Positions 37,232 to 47,743 of a DNA stretch of 64,000 bases are shown in pieces. Position 1 is the first letter of the stretch. Each line of letters begins with the position of its first letter. Below the pieces are notes generated by a model, which saw only the letters and a program-made list of their open reading frames with translations, ran no database searches and was not told the DNA's origin. A program made the translations under genes and the position numbers. This DNA comes from an uncultured Candidatus Bathyarchaeia archaeon (GTDB lineage: Archaea > Thermoproteota > Bathyarchaeia > Bathyarchaeales > Bathycorpusculaceae). The stretch is taken from the NCBI GenBank assembly GCA_964654925.1, contig CAZZKO010000002.1:9589-73588 (forward strand), read 5' to 3'.

Positions 37232-38269
37232 ATGATTGAAATCGATGGAAGCCAGAAAAGCGGTAGCGGCACGATTCTCAGACTTTCCATAGCCTTTTCC
37301 TCCATCACTGGAAAGCCTATTCGAATATACAACATTCGACAGAATAGACCCCAGCCTGGATTAAGGCCTCAGCATTTGGAAGCCGTTTTAACAGCCGCAA
37401 AACTTTGCAACGCTTATGTGGAAGGAGCCCGTATTTCTTCCCGTGAACTCCTGTATGAACCAAAAGATATTAAGGGCGGAAAATTTGAGGCTGAAATAGG
37501 TACTGCTGGAAGCATTTCAATGCTTATTATGACCGTGCTTCCCATATGCATATTTGCAAAGAGCACCGTCCACCTTCATATCTCAAAAGGTGGCACTGAT
37601 GTCCAACATGCGCCAACAATAAACTATATGCAAAGCGTATTTATGCCAGTTTTAAAGCAGATGGGGATCACTGCTAGCATTACAGTTCTGAAATATGGCT
37701 ATTACCCGAAAGGAATGGGTGAAGTAACCTTAACTGTTGAACCGTGCAGGGAGTTAAATCCGCTGGTGTTGGAGGAGCCCGGTAAAATCAAGGCTGTAAA
37801 GGGAATTTCAGTCTGCCCTTTTCTGGCTGAGAAAAGGGTCGCAGAGCGCCAGGCAGCCGCAGCAAAAGAGTATCTAAAAGAAAGGGGGTGCTCAGCGGAC
37901 ATTAGAATAGTGAATGATAGGTCAAATCCACTGCAGAAGGGTAGCTCCATAGTTTTATGGGCTGAAACTGACAAGGGTGCGTTGTTGGGCGCTGATGCCA
38001 TTGGCGAACTCCAAAAAACAAGCGAGGCTGTAGGCAGGGAGGCTGCGGAAAAGTTGTGGCAGGAAATCTCCTCCGGGGCTACAGTTGATATGCACTTGGC
38101 AGATATGCTTGTGCCTTACATTGCATTAGCTCCTGGGCGGTCTATTTATTTAACAAGGATGTTTTCTGATCATTTAGACTCGAATATTTGGCTTTCCGAA
38201 ATTTTTCTGGGAACGAAGTTTAGAATAGAAAAAATAAAGGAACTTTACAAAGTGGAAAAGGTGAGATAA
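37232..38269 (+). CDS. rtcA: RNA 3'-terminal phosphate cyclase
   Basis: IEIDGSQKSGSGTILR...GGTDVQHAPTINY...H..DML. Confidence 0.9.
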   Translation: MIEIDGSQKSGSGTILRLSIAFSSITGKPIRIYNIRQNRPQPGLRPQHLEAVLTAAKLCNAYVEGARISSRELLYEPKDIKGGKFEAEIGTAGSISMLIMTVLPICIFAKSTVHLHISKGGTDVQHAPTINYMQSVFMPVLKQMGITASITVLKYGYYPKGMGEVTLTVEPCRELNPLVLEEPGKIKAVKGISVCPFLAEKRVAERQAAAAKEYLKERGCSADIRIVNDRSNPLQKGSSIVLWAETDKGALLGADAIGELQKTSEAVGREAAEKLWQEISSGATVDMHLADMLVPYIALAPGRSIYLTRMFSDHLDSNIWLSEIFLGTKFRIEKIKELYKVEKVR

Positions 38270-38271
38270 TT

Positions 38272-39693
38272 TTGAAGGCTAAGATACGTGGAATATACTC
38301 AACCGCTCTAACAAAATTGCTTATGGACCACGGCTTTAAGATCCTTCAGCCTTCAAAGGTCATAAAAGAGCGTTTCAATCTTCCAAGCAGTAACAATGAA
38401 CCCCCAGAAGTTACAATAAAGGATAGAAGCGATCTCCAAGGAATCGTTGCTTTAGGCTCTCCCGAGGCTGTGAATTTTTTACAGACAGTCCTACAAGAGT
38501 CTCTCGAAGATGTTTTAACCAGAAAATGGAGCGTGAGTGTGGATGGAATATACAAAGGAACTGTAGTTAAAAGAAGTGAAAAGGGAGTTTACGTAGATAT
38601 CGGAAACGGTGTTTTAGGTTTAATCCCTGGACATGAAGCTCCACCGGAAGACCAAAAGGAAGTAATCGTTCAGGTTGAGCGCAAAGGAATTGGAAGGAAG
38701 ATTCCCCTTCTAACAACTCGACTAAAAATTGTCGGAAAGTATGCCATTCTCATCCAAGGATGCAAAGTTGGAGTAAGCTTAAAAATTCAAGATGCAAATA
38801 AACGAGTGGAACTTTGCAAGCTTGGGAAGGAATTATCTCCGGAAAACTGGGGAATAATTTGGCGTGAACCGGCAGCCTATAAACCAAAAGAATTTTTAGA
38901 GCAAGAAATAGCCAAGCTTTCTGATAGAATCAGAATTTTAAGCGAGAAAGCGTCCTCTAAGGAATCTTCAGATCTGATCCTCGAAGGATTAAGCTTTATG
39001 AATGTGGAGTTTCCTTGCTCGGCAAAGAAACAACTAGACGAGTTAAGGTCAACCGTAACACCAACAATCAAGGGGCATCATTTTTTCAAAAGTTGCGGAG
39101 GCCGGATTTCAGCAGCCTTGGAAATGGCCGAAAAACTCTTGGAAAAAGAGGGCAACAAAGACAAAATTGAACAGCTTTTCAGGGAGCAGATACAATCAGA
39201 ATTCCCTGAAAAAGGCGCTTTGGTAGACGTGGAGCATGTTAAACCGAGCGGTGTCGTTTTAAACCTCGGAAAAGCAACAATAGAAGCGTTGGATGCTGAA
39301 ATGGTAAGGTATCATAGAACTATTAGGGCTGATGGTGTATATGACGGGCTTGGCGTGGAGAAAAAAGCCGGCGACAAAGCTGTAAGCGAGGCAAAACCGG
39401 GCGAGTGGTACATTATAACAAATTACTTCTCGAGTGATGCAAGCTGGAAAGGCGCTTACATAAACATAAACACGCCAATTGAGGTTTATCCAAAAGCCAT
39501 AAGATATATAGATTTAGAGGTGGACATCTGCGTTTCCCCCAGTGGCGAAGTAAAAGTCCTAGATATGGAAAAACTTCAAAGAGCCTATGAAAGGGGAATT
39601 TTAAGTGGAAAGTTATTTGAAAAAGTTGGAAAGATTGTTAAAAACCTATTGGCAACAGACTTAATCCAGAACATTCTAGCTAACTTTATCTAG
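38272..39693 (+). CDS. fau-1: FAU-1/DUF402 RNA-binding protein (RNase E/G-like)
   Basis: KIRGIYSTALTKLLMDHGFKILQPS..., S1-like segment, C-terminal DUF402. Confidence 0.85.
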   Translation: MKAKIRGIYSTALTKLLMDHGFKILQPSKVIKERFNLPSSNNEPPEVTIKDRSDLQGIVALGSPEAVNFLQTVLQESLEDVLTRKWSVSVDGIYKGTVVKRSEKGVYVDIGNGVLGLIPGHEAPPEDQKEVIVQVERKGIGRKIPLLTTRLKIVGKYAILIQGCKVGVSLKIQDANKRVELCKLGKELSPENWGIIWREPAAYKPKEFLEQEIAKLSDRIRILSEKASSKESSDLILEGLSFMNVEFPCSAKKQLDELRSTVTPTIKGHHFFKSCGGRISAALEMAEKLLEKEGNKDKIEQLFREQIQSEFPEKGALVDVEHVKPSGVVLNLGKATIEALDAEMVRYHRTIRADGVYDGLGVEKKAGDKAVSEAKPGEWYIITNYFSSDASWKGAYININTPIEVYPKAIRYIDLEVDICVSPSGEVKVLDMEKLQRAYERGILSGKLFEKVGKIVKNLLATDLIQNILANFI

Positions 39694-39729
39694 TGTCTCA
39701 CCCTTTATCGTCTTAAGAGAGAATCTAAA

Positions 39730-41076
39730 TTGACTGTTGACCTAGTCTTAAAAGATCTAAAAGCCTACATTAATGGTCAAGTGGTTGAGTGCTGCATAGC
39801 CATAGAAAGTCGAAGAATTTTCAAAATCGGAAGAGAGTCCCAAATGCCTAGAGCCGACAACGTTCTGAGGCTTGATGGGCTTCTAGTTCTACCCGGGATA
39901 ATAGATGTTCATGTGCACCTTAGGGATGAAGGTAAAGCCTACAAGGAGGACTTCTACAGCGGCACAGTTGCAGCTGCAGCCGGTGGAATAACAACTGTTT
40001 TTGACATGCCTAATAACGACCCCGTCACGATGAGTGTTGCAACTCTTAGAAATAGGATTGAAATTGCTAAAAGCAAGATTCTGGTTAATGTCGGCTTCTA
40101 CTCCGAATTTCCAAGTGAAATTCAGGAGATTGATAATATAATTAAAGAAGGCTGTATGGCCTTCAAGCTTTTCCTAGGCGAGCAAGTTGGAGGTTTGAAC
40201 ATAGCTGACAATAACAAGCTGATAGCGGCCTTTAAAAGAATTGGAAATAGAGTTCCCGTGGCTGTTCATGCTGAGGATCATGAGGTTCTTAAGATTGTTA
40301 AGGAGGAGCTAAAAAAAGAGGGCATTGACGGTTTGGAGGCTTTTATTAAGGCTCATCCTGTTGAAGCGGAGGAAAAGGCTGTAAAGCGTATAATAACAAT
40401 TGCTGAAAGAACAGGCGTTCAAGTGCATTTTTGCCATGTGAGCTCCGAGAACGGCTTAAAGGAGATCGTTAAAGCAAAAGCGTCTAATCTTCCCATTTCA
40501 TGCGAAGTCACACCTCATCATATCCTTCTCTCTACAAAAGAACTGTTAAGTATTGGACCGGTAGGATTGACTCTGCCGCCTGTAAGAGATACAAGGCATG
40601 TGAACGCTCTTTGGCAGGGAATCTCCAAAAAGTTTGTTGACATCATTGCCTCTGACCATGCACCGCATGCTCATTGGGAGAAGTCTGCAAACATCATCTG
40701 GAATGTTAAAGCCGGCGTTCCAGGTTTAGAGACCATACTTTCGCTGTTGCTTAATGAGGTGAACAAGGGAAAATTGGCTCTAGCTGATGTTGTCCGGCTG
40801 ATGGCTGAGAATCCAGCCAAAATTTTCGGCATTAATGATAGGGGAAGCTTAAGAGAAGGAAATAAGGCCGATCTTGTTGTTGTAGATTTGAAGAGGGAAT
40901 ACTATATAGATTCCCAAAAGTTTTATTCAAAGGCCAAGTACTCTCCTTTTGATGGCTGGAAGGTTAAGGGGAAACCTGTTAAAACTTTTGTAGGCGGTCA
41001 ACTTATCATGGACGAGGGCGAGATAGTTGGCAAGCCTGGCTGCGGCGAAGCCATAAGGAGGAGTGTAAAGAATTGA
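39730..41076 (+). CDS. pyrC: dihydroorotase
   Basis: PGIIDVHVHLRD..., FKLF, VAVHAED, and ASDHAPH metal ligands. Confidence 0.85.
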   Translation: MTVDLVLKDLKAYINGQVVECCIAIESRRIFKIGRESQMPRADNVLRLDGLLVLPGIIDVHVHLRDEGKAYKEDFYSGTVAAAAGGITTVFDMPNNDPVTMSVATLRNRIEIAKSKILVNVGFYSEFPSEIQEIDNIIKEGCMAFKLFLGEQVGGLNIADNNKLIAAFKRIGNRVPVAVHAEDHEVLKIVKEELKKEGIDGLEAFIKAHPVEAEEKAVKRIITIAERTGVQVHFCHVSSENGLKEIVKAKASNLPISCEVTPHHILLSTKELLSIGPVGLTLPPVRDTRHVNALWQGISKKFVDIIASDHAPHAHWEKSANIIWNVKAGVPGLETILSLLLNEVNKGKLALADVVRLMAENPAKIFGINDRGSLREGNKADLVVVDLKREYYIDSQKFYSKAKYSPFDGWKVKGKPVKTFVGGQLIMDEGEIVGKPGCGEAIRRSVKN

Positions 41077-41567
41077 GGTTTATCGCTGATGGGATGCTTG
41101 GAAAATTAACAAGATGGCTTCGCATGTTGGGGCATAACGTAAAATATTCAAACAAACTTGACGATCCTGAACTAATTTTAATAGCTAAAAGGGAAGGGCG
41201 CGTCCTTCTCACAAGGGATTTGGAGCTTTACCAAAAAGCAACAGCTTGGGGCATTCAAGCCTGCTATATTGACGGCGTAAATGAAGCGGAAGATTTGGCG
41301 AAACTTGCAAAAAGGTTCGGCATAAATCTAGATATAGACATGAGGATATCTAGATGCCCAAAATGCAATGCACAAGTGAAACCTGTGCCCAAAGAAAAAG
41401 TTGCTGGGAAAGTCGAAGAAACCACTTTTTCTTACTACAACGAATTCTGGGAATGTCCAAAGTGCGGTCAAATTTACTGGCAAGGTGCTCATTGGACAAG
41501 GATAACTAAAACCCTTGAAACTGCAAAGAAAATATTAAACAAGATGAAAGCACAAAGTGAACAATGA
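41073..41567 (+). CDS. Mut7-C (DUF82) PIN-like RNase domain protein with zinc ribbon
   Basis: FIADGMLGKLTRWLRMLGHNV..., CPKCN...CPKCG. The TTG start overlaps the pyrC stop. Confidence 0.8.
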   Translation: MRFIADGMLGKLTRWLRMLGHNVKYSNKLDDPELILIAKREGRVLLTRDLELYQKATAWGIQACYIDGVNEAEDLAKLAKRFGINLDIDMRISRCPKCNAQVKPVPKEKVAGKVEETTFSYYNEFWECPKCGQIYWQGAHWTRITKTLETAKKILNKMKAQSEQ

Positions 41568-41572
41568 ACAAT

Positions 41573-41818
41573 TTATTTCTTTTTCTCGCCTTCCAGAAGC
41601 CACTTTAAAGGTATATCTTGATAAGTTCCATCTGGCAAAGTTCTTCTGACGGTTATTGGCAGTACGCCTGCTTTAAGCTCTTTTAGAGATATATCTATGG
41701 GGCTCGTCGTTCCATCCGGAATATCAACAAGTATGGGGGCACCCATGGCTATTTGAATTGCCCTTGCCCCCACTATCCTTGCCCTTTCGAAACGTGTGAG
41801 CTTTGGAGGGCCTATCAA
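41573..41818 (-). CDS. rpoK: DNA-directed RNA polymerase subunit Rpo6/K
   Basis: [22 protein letters not shown]. Confidence 0.9.
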   Translation of the reverse strand: MIGPPKLTRFERARIVGARAIQIAMGAPILVDIPDGTTSPIDISLKELKAGVLPITVRRTLPDGTYQDIPLKWLLEGEKKK

Positions 41819-41845
41819 AATTTTCTTCTCGGTGATTGACGTATA

Positions 41846-43498
41846 CTAATACTCCCCGGCGCCCTGTCCTTCAGGTGACCCTTTGGGAGGCACTGAGGGA
41901 GTTTTGGCTTTCCCTGCAGCTATTATATCATCAATTTTCAATATCATAGTTGCAGCTTCGGTTGCAGATTTTATCACTTGCTTTTTCACTGAAAGCGGCT
42001 CAAAGACACCTACATTAGCCATATTTTCAATTTTTCCAGAGTTAACTTCTATTCCAGCCCATATTTCGCCCTTTTCGTGTTTTGCTCTAAGCTCGGAGAG
42101 AATATCAATGGGATCTAATCCGGCATTTTCTGTGAGGGTTGCAGGAATGACTTCTAGGGCTTCTGCAAAGCCTTTAACGGCAAGTTGCTCTTTACCTGAG
42201 AAAGATTCCGCATATTTTCTGAGAACTTTGGCAGTTTCAATTTCAGGAGCCCCTCCACCGGCTAGGACTTTCGGCTCTTCTACTATGTCCTTTACAACGT
42301 GAAGGGCATCGTGGATTGAACGTTCAGCCTCGTCTACTATTCGTTCCGTTCCTCCCCTTATGAGTATTGTGACGGACCTTGGGTTCTTGCATCCTTCTAT
42401 GAATGTCATTTTGTCGTCTCCTATTTTACGCTCTTCTACGAGACTCGCAAATCCAAGGTCTGATGGGTCTGCATCCTCTAAGTTAGTTATTATTCTCGCT
42501 CCTGTGGCTTTTGCAAGTTTTTCCACATCTGACTTCTTTATCCTTCTGACGGCAAGAATTCCCTTTTTGGCTAGGAAATGTTGAGCCATATCGTCTATGC
42601 CTTTCTGGCATAGAACAACATTTGCCCCGATAGCCGCAATCTTTTCTACCATTTCTCTTAGCATTTCCTCTTCCTGGTTTAGGAAGGCCTCCATTTGCTC
42701 TGGGCTTTCAATGTTTAATTTTGCGTCAAACTCTGTTTTTTCGATTTCTAAGGGTGCGTCCAAGAGGGCTATCTTAGCGTTTTCCAAACGTTTTGGCATT
42801 CCAGGGTGAACAACTTCCTTGTCTAAAACTATGCCCTTTACTAGCTTTGTATCCTTCAGCGACTCACCAGGCTTTTTCTCAACTTTAACATCATCTATGT
42901 CGACTTTGTATTTGCCATCTACTTTTTCGGCAACTTGAAGAATTGCCTCAACCGCTATTTCTGCCAAATATTCTTTATACTCGGCCACCAGTTTGCTCGC
43001 CATCGCTGTCATTGCCGCTTTTTTCAAATACTCTTTATATTCTGCGGAGTTCAGGTCTACAGGGATAGCTATTTTCTCTAACGTTTCAAGTGCCTTCTCC
43101 ATAGCCCTTTTGTATCCATCAATTATAATCGTTGGATGGATATTTTTGTTGATGAGTTCCTCAGCTTTACTCAACAGCTCTCCAGCGAGTATTACGGACG
43201 TTGTTGTCCCATCTCCAGCTTCGTTATCTTGAGTTTTTGCTACCTCAACCATCATTTTCGCTGCTGGATGCTGAACATCCATTTCGTCCAAAATGGTGCG
43301 GCCATCACTTGTTATTGTGACATCGCCAAAACTGTCCACAAGCATTTTATCCATGCCCCTGGGGCCAAGGGAACTTTTTACAGCCTCAGCCACAATCTTG
43401 GCCGCCATAATATTATTGTGTTGAGCTTCCCTTCCTCTGGTCCTACTTGAACCCTCTTTTAATATTAAGACTGGAATTCCAGCTGAGGGTAATGACAA
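41846..43498 (-). CDS. ths: thermosome subunit (group II chaperonin)
   Basis: [18 protein letters not shown]...GPRGMDKML...TITSDG...GDGTT. TTG 43498 follows GGAGGT at the proper spacing, while ATG 43543 abuts the TATA element. Confidence 0.95.
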   Translation of the reverse strand: MSLPSAGIPVLILKEGSSRTRGREAQHNNIMAAKIVAEAVKSSLGPRGMDKMLVDSFGDVTITSDGRTILDEMDVQHPAAKMMVEVAKTQDNEAGDGTTTSVILAGELLSKAEELINKNIHPTIIIDGYKRAMEKALETLEKIAIPVDLNSAEYKEYLKKAAMTAMASKLVAEYKEYLAEIAVEAILQVAEKVDGKYKVDIDDVKVEKKPGESLKDTKLVKGIVLDKEVVHPGMPKRLENAKIALLDAPLEIEKTEFDAKLNIESPEQMEAFLNQEEEMLREMVEKIAAIGANVVLCQKGIDDMAQHFLAKKGILAVRRIKKSDVEKLAKATGARIITNLEDADPSDLGFASLVEERKIGDDKMTFIEGCKNPRSVTILIRGGTERIVDEAERSIHDALHVVKDIVEEPKVLAGGGAPEIETAKVLRKYAESFSGKEQLAVKGFAEALEVIPATLTENAGLDPIDILSELRAKHEKGEIWAGIEVNSGKIENMANVGVFEPLSVKKQVIKSATEAATMILKIDDIIAAGKAKTPSVPPKGSPEGQGAGEY

Positions 43499-43542
43499 CC
43501 CAACAACCTCCCAAATGCGTCTCAAAGAGAAACAGCATTGCA

Positions 43543-43556
43543 ATATAAATTTATCG
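43543..43556 (-). promoter_or_regulatory. candidate TATA box of the thermosome gene
   Basis: The minus strand reads ATAAATTTATATTG about 45 nt upstream of TTG 43498. Confidence 0.35.
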
Positions 43557-43610
43557 TTCCAGTTCTTTCAATTTTAATGAAAACCAACTTCGCTCTCTAA
43601 TAAAAAAGTA

Positions 43611-44576
43611 TTATTTCTTTAAAGTGTTTTTTAGAGCTTCAATTAGGGCTGGTATTATTTGGTATATGTCGCCTACAACAATGTAATCCGCAACTTCAAA
43701 TATTGGTGCATTTGGGTCCTTATTTATTGTCACTATGACCCTTGGGTCTCTAATTCCTGCGATGTGTTGAATCATTCCTGAAACGCCGCATCCTATATAA
43801 ATTTCAGGCTTGACTTTCTTCCCTGATAAGCCAACCCATTCGGAAAACCATTTCCTGTCCTCGGCTAATGGTCTCGTGACTCCAACATGTCCACCTAAAA
43901 TGCTGGCAAGTTCCTCGAACATCTTGAAGTCCTCTTTTTTGGCCACGGCTCGACCGCCGCAAATCACCACCCTCGCTTCTTCAATGCGGACTTTAGCAAC
44001 CTCAGCGGGTTTTACCTCGACAACCTTAGTTTTTGGTTCATCAAGTTTAACATCTAAACTGATTATGTCTGCCTGCTTGTCAGAGGGCTTAGCTTTTTCG
44101 AAGGTTCTAGGCGGCACCGTTGCAATTTGAGGTTTTGCTTGATAGGTTATTAGTGCTACTCCATTTCCACCGTAGACAATTCTAGATGCAATTAGCATTC
44201 CTTTTTCATCTATTTCAAACTTGAAAGCATCTTGTACCAAGCCAGCCTTTAGTCTTGCAGCAAGTCTTGCTGCAAGCTCCCTTCCTCTTTTTGTGGAACC
44301 TATAAGAATTATTTCAGGAGTATGTCTTGCGGCTAATTCCATGAAAACACTTAGATACGGTTCTGTTTGAAGGCTCTTAAAGGCAGGATTATCCATGAAA
44401 TAAATTTTGTCAACATTATGTTCCGCTATTTCCTCAGCCTCTTCTTTGATGTTGCATCCTAAAATTATCGCCGAAAGCTCTGTCTGAAGTTTATCCGCAA
44501 GTCTCCTACCTTCGCTTAGTATTTCAAGGGTTAAGTCTAAATTTTCCGAGAAAACCCAAACTTCCCCAGCTCTCAT
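43611..44576 (-). CDS. etfA: electron transfer flavoprotein alpha subunit
   Basis: C-terminal FAD-binding block GISGMIQHIAG...INKDPNAPIF..AD. Confidence 0.9.
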   Translation of the reverse strand: MRAGEVWVFSENLDLTLEILSEGRRLADKLQTELSAIILGCNIKEEAEEIAEHNVDKIYFMDNPAFKSLQTEPYLSVFMELAARHTPEIILIGSTKRGRELAARLAARLKAGLVQDAFKFEIDEKGMLIASRIVYGGNGVALITYQAKPQIATVPPRTFEKAKPSDKQADIISLDVKLDEPKTKVVEVKPAEVAKVRIEEARVVICGGRAVAKKEDFKMFEELASILGGHVGVTRPLAEDRKWFSEWVGLSGKKVKPEIYIGCGVSGMIQHIAGIRDPRVIVTINKDPNAPIFEVADYIVVGDIYQIIPALIEALKNTLKK

Positions 44577-44579
44577 GTT

Positions 44580-45368
44580 TTATCCTCCAATAACCCCTTC
44601 TTGAATTAAGGCTTTAACAAGATTTTCAGCGATCTCCTTTGGGCTCTCTCCAGATATTTTTATCTTTTTTCGCTCAATTTTTGGAGCCGAAACATCTATA
44701 ACCCTTATAGATGGAGTTGCTATTTCTTCACCCTTAACACCAATATCCTCAAGAGTCCATGTGAGCAGTTCCTTCTTTGAAGCTTTAATGATATCCATTA
44801 ATGTTGGCACTCTTGGAACGTTAATCTCCTTTGTTACGGTTAGCAATACAGGTGTATTAACCATAATGACTTCGGAGCAGTCTTCAAGTCTCCTTTCAAC
44901 CGTGAAGGTGTTGCCTTCAAGATTAACTTTGCTTACATATGTAACTATTGGGACACCAAGAACTTCTGCTAGTCTAGGACCCACTTGGCCTGAGTAGCTT
45001 TCGATGCTGGCTTCTCCACATAGAATAATATCAAAAGAGCCTACTTTCCTTATAGCTTTGGCGAGAATATTTGAGATAATCATGGTGTCAGCGTTCTGAA
45101 TTTTTGGATCCTGTATCTGAATGGCCTTGTCAGCACCCATGGCTAGTGCTTCTCTAAGGGCTGTCGAGGCGTTTTCTGCCGTTGCTGTGAGAACTATGAC
45201 CTCCCCACCATATTTCGTTTTTATTTTAACAGCTTCTTCCAAGGCATTCTCGTCAAAATCGCTTATTTTTCTTGGAGCATCAGCAGTTAGCAATTTACGA
45301 GTAGCAGAATCAACTTTTACTTGGGACACATCAATAGCATATTTGATGCAAACAATTATTCGTGGCAT
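44580..45368 (-). CDS. etfB: electron transfer flavoprotein beta subunit
   Basis: MPRIIVCIKYAIDVSQVKVD... gives ~262 aa. The ORF-track extension to 45536 is a spurious leader. Confidence 0.9.
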   Translation of the reverse strand: MPRIIVCIKYAIDVSQVKVDSATRKLLTADAPRKISDFDENALEEAVKIKTKYGGEVIVLTATAENASTALREALAMGADKAIQIQDPKIQNADTMIISNILAKAIRKVGSFDIILCGEASIESYSGQVGPRLAEVLGVPIVTYVSKVNLEGNTFTVERRLEDCSEVIMVNTPVLLTVTKEINVPRVPTLMDIIKASKKELLTWTLEDIGVKGEEIATPSIRVIDVSAPKIERKKIKISGESPKEIAENLVKALIQEGVIGG

Positions 45369-45427
45369 GAAGTTACCCCCATTTTTAGGTATGCAGGTGT
45401 TCCTACAACAAAAAATGGAAGGAAACT

Positions 45428-45589
45428 TTACTTGTAGGGAACATATTCCTTGCCCAAGAGTTCTCTTCCGATGACTATCTTCTGTATGTTTTGTCCGCCC
45501 TCGGCGCCCACAACATATGACATTACACCGCGCCATGCCGCTTCAAATAGGTACTCTTTTGTATAGCCCGCTGCTCCAAACCAGATCAT
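45428..45589 (-). pseudogene. acyl-CoA dehydrogenase C-terminal stub (53 codons)
   Basis: MIWFGAAGYTKEYLFEAAWRGVMSYVVGAEGGQNIQKIVIGRELLGKEYVPYK resembles the last helices of ACADs (..GG.GY..EYP.E...RD......EG..EI....I.R.LL). Confidence 0.55.
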
Positions 45590-45620
45590 GGCTGATGATT
45601 TCCTCTGTTATAGCTTAAGC

Positions 45621-46124
45621 CTAATAAACAGATACTTTAGCAACACCCTTAATCTTTAAGAACTCTGGAATGAGTTCCCCTGGAATTTTCTTCTCTGCAA
45701 TAAGGGTAAGTTTTGGTTCGGGTGAAAGTTCAGGGTCATCAACTATTGCTTGCCTTATACTTAATCCATTTTTTGCTAGAATCATAGCGGCATTCGCCAG
45801 AATGCCTGGAATTTTAGCGTCAACCGGTGTTATTTCAACAACCCCGAAGTTCAAATGTCTTGCAACCTCTTTTAGCGAGTGGCCTGCGGAACGTAGACTC
45901 TCGAAAATTAAGCGTAACTCCTGAATATTCTGTATGGTAGCTATTGTTTCATTAACCGTTCGTCTGTCAACACCTGCAACTCTGGCAACACGCACTGGTG
46001 GAATTTCAATATCGTTAAGGTAAATTTTTCCATGCCTCACACTTAACCCATTTTCCACTAAAACACGAGCCACCTTAAGCCGTTCTGGATATTTGTCTAG
46101 GTGCTTTTTAATGTTATTCCACAT
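45621..46124 (-). CDS. ACT-domain regulator of amino-acid metabolism (COG2150-like)
   Basis: N-terminal HTH-like segment plus a C-terminal ACT-like fold. ATG 46124 (MWNNIKK) is preferred. Confidence 0.7.
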   Translation of the reverse strand: MWNNIKKHLDKYPERLKVARVLVENGLSVRHGKIYLNDIEIPPVRVARVAGVDRRTVNETIATIQNIQELRLIFESLRSAGHSLKEVARHLNFGVVEITPVDAKIPGILANAAMILAKNGLSIRQAIVDDPELSPEPKLTLIAEKKIPGELIPEFLKIKGVAKVSVY

Positions 46125-46275
46125 TTTTACGCCTAGATATTTCTTACGGCAGAGTAGATAAATTTTCATTCCTATGTCATGGTTGAACAAACTAGATTAT
46201 TAAAGTACAAAATTGTACTCAAAAGGCTTAAATAGTTCCTAAAAGTTCAACTTAACAAATCTAGGTGAAAAGGCT

Positions 46276-47673
46276 TTGCCTCCAAGGAAAATCATTTTAG
46301 ACGATGAAGAAGTTCCTAAGCAGTGGTACTGCATACTTCCAGATTTGCCCAAACCGTTGCCACCGTTCATTGATCCTGAAACAAGAGCGCCGGGAGGAGG
46401 AGTTGCCCCAAAGATTTTTCCAAAACAGATTCTAGCCCAAGAGTTCAGCCAGGAAAGATGGATAGATATCCCTGAAGAAGTGAGGGAAGTTTACAAGCTA
46501 TGGCGACCGACTCCGCTATATCGAGCTGTAAGACTTGAAAAAGCGCTTAAAACGCCCGCAAAAATTTATTATAAATATGAGGGTGTCAGTCCGCCTGGAA
46601 GTCATAAGCCAAACACTGCGGTTGCTCAAGCCTACTATAACATGAAAGAGGGTATAAAGCGGCTTGCGACGGAAACGGGTGCTGGCCAGTGGGGTTCCGC
46701 TTTAGCTTTTGGTTGCATGATGTTCGGTTTAAAATGTACAGTTTACATGGTTAAAGTAAGTTACCACCAGAAACCCTATAGAAGGATTATGATGGAATCC
46801 TTTGGAGCTGAGGTCTATCCAAGTCCAAGTGATAGGACAGAAGCTGGGAGGAAAATTCTCAAAGAGGATCCTGATAACCCTGGCAGCTTAGGTATAGCAA
46901 TTAGCGAAGCTGTTGAGGATGCCTTGGTTCATGAGGATACCAATTACGGCATAGGAAGCGTTTTCAATCATGTTCTTCTACATCAAACGGTAATTGGGCT
47001 TGAAGCCAAAAAACAGATGGAAATAGCAGGGGATTATCCGGATGTGATTTTTGGATGCATCGGGGGTGGAAGCAGCTTTTCAGGTCTCTTCTGGCCATTC
47101 TATTACGATAAAGTTTCCAAAAAAGCTCCTAAGGATGTAAAGTTTGTAGCCGTAGAACCTACAGCATGCCCATCTGTAACAAAAGGCGAATACACCTATG
47201 ATCATGGTGACACCGCTAGGATAACGCCCTTGGTGCCTATGCATACGTTAGGGCATGATTATATACCCCCGCCAATACATGCTGGGGGTCTACGTTACCA
47301 TGGAATAGCTCCAACTATAAGTCTCCTTGCATCAACCGGCAAGCTTGAAACGGTAGCTTATAATCAAGTTGAAGTTTTTAATGCTGCGAATATCTTCATT
47401 CAAACCGAGGGTATAATCCCAGCACCGGAGCCCGCACATGCCATAAAGGCTGCTATAGACGAAGCTTTAAGATGCAAGAAGACAGGAGAGAAAAAGGTTA
47501 TACTCTTCAACCTTTGCGGTCACGGCCACTTCGACATGCAAGCCTACGCCGACTTTCTAAGTGGCAAACTAGAACCCTACGAGTATCCGGCTGAAAAAGT
47601 TGAGGAAGCCATGCAGAGACTTAGGAAACTATATCCATGGCTTGACGAGGTTAAAAATAAGTACATCAGGTAA
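46276..47673 (+). CDS. trpB2: TrpB2-type tryptophan synthase beta-like PLP enzyme
   Basis: [17 protein letters not shown] (PLP lysine), GGGSSFSG, with the long N-terminal extension typical of TrpB2. Confidence 0.9.
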   Translation: MPPRKIILDDEEVPKQWYCILPDLPKPLPPFIDPETRAPGGGVAPKIFPKQILAQEFSQERWIDIPEEVREVYKLWRPTPLYRAVRLEKALKTPAKIYYKYEGVSPPGSHKPNTAVAQAYYNMKEGIKRLATETGAGQWGSALAFGCMMFGLKCTVYMVKVSYHQKPYRRIMMESFGAEVYPSPSDRTEAGRKILKEDPDNPGSLGIAISEAVEDALVHEDTNYGIGSVFNHVLLHQTVIGLEAKKQMEIAGDYPDVIFGCIGGGSSFSGLFWPFYYDKVSKKAPKDVKFVAVEPTACPSVTKGEYTYDHGDTARITPLVPMHTLGHDYIPPPIHAGGLRYHGIAPTISLLASTGKLETVAYNQVEVFNAANIFIQTEGIIPAPEPAHAIKAAIDEALRCKKTGEKKVILFNLCGHGHFDMQAYADFLSGKLEPYEYPAEKVEEAMQRLRKLYPWLDEVKNKYIR

Positions 47674-47743
47674 TTTTCTACTTTATCTCCCTTCAATTTT
47701 TAGTGATCACGTAAGCAATATTAAAATTAACTTAAAATCAAAA

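Noticed and set aside
44580-45536. A 318-aa EtfB with a Cys/Arg-rich N-terminal extension, as given by the ORF track.
   Set aside because: The extension has no EtfB similarity. The canonical N-terminus MPRIIVCIKY starts at 45368, and the extension overlaps an ACAD-like remnant in another frame.
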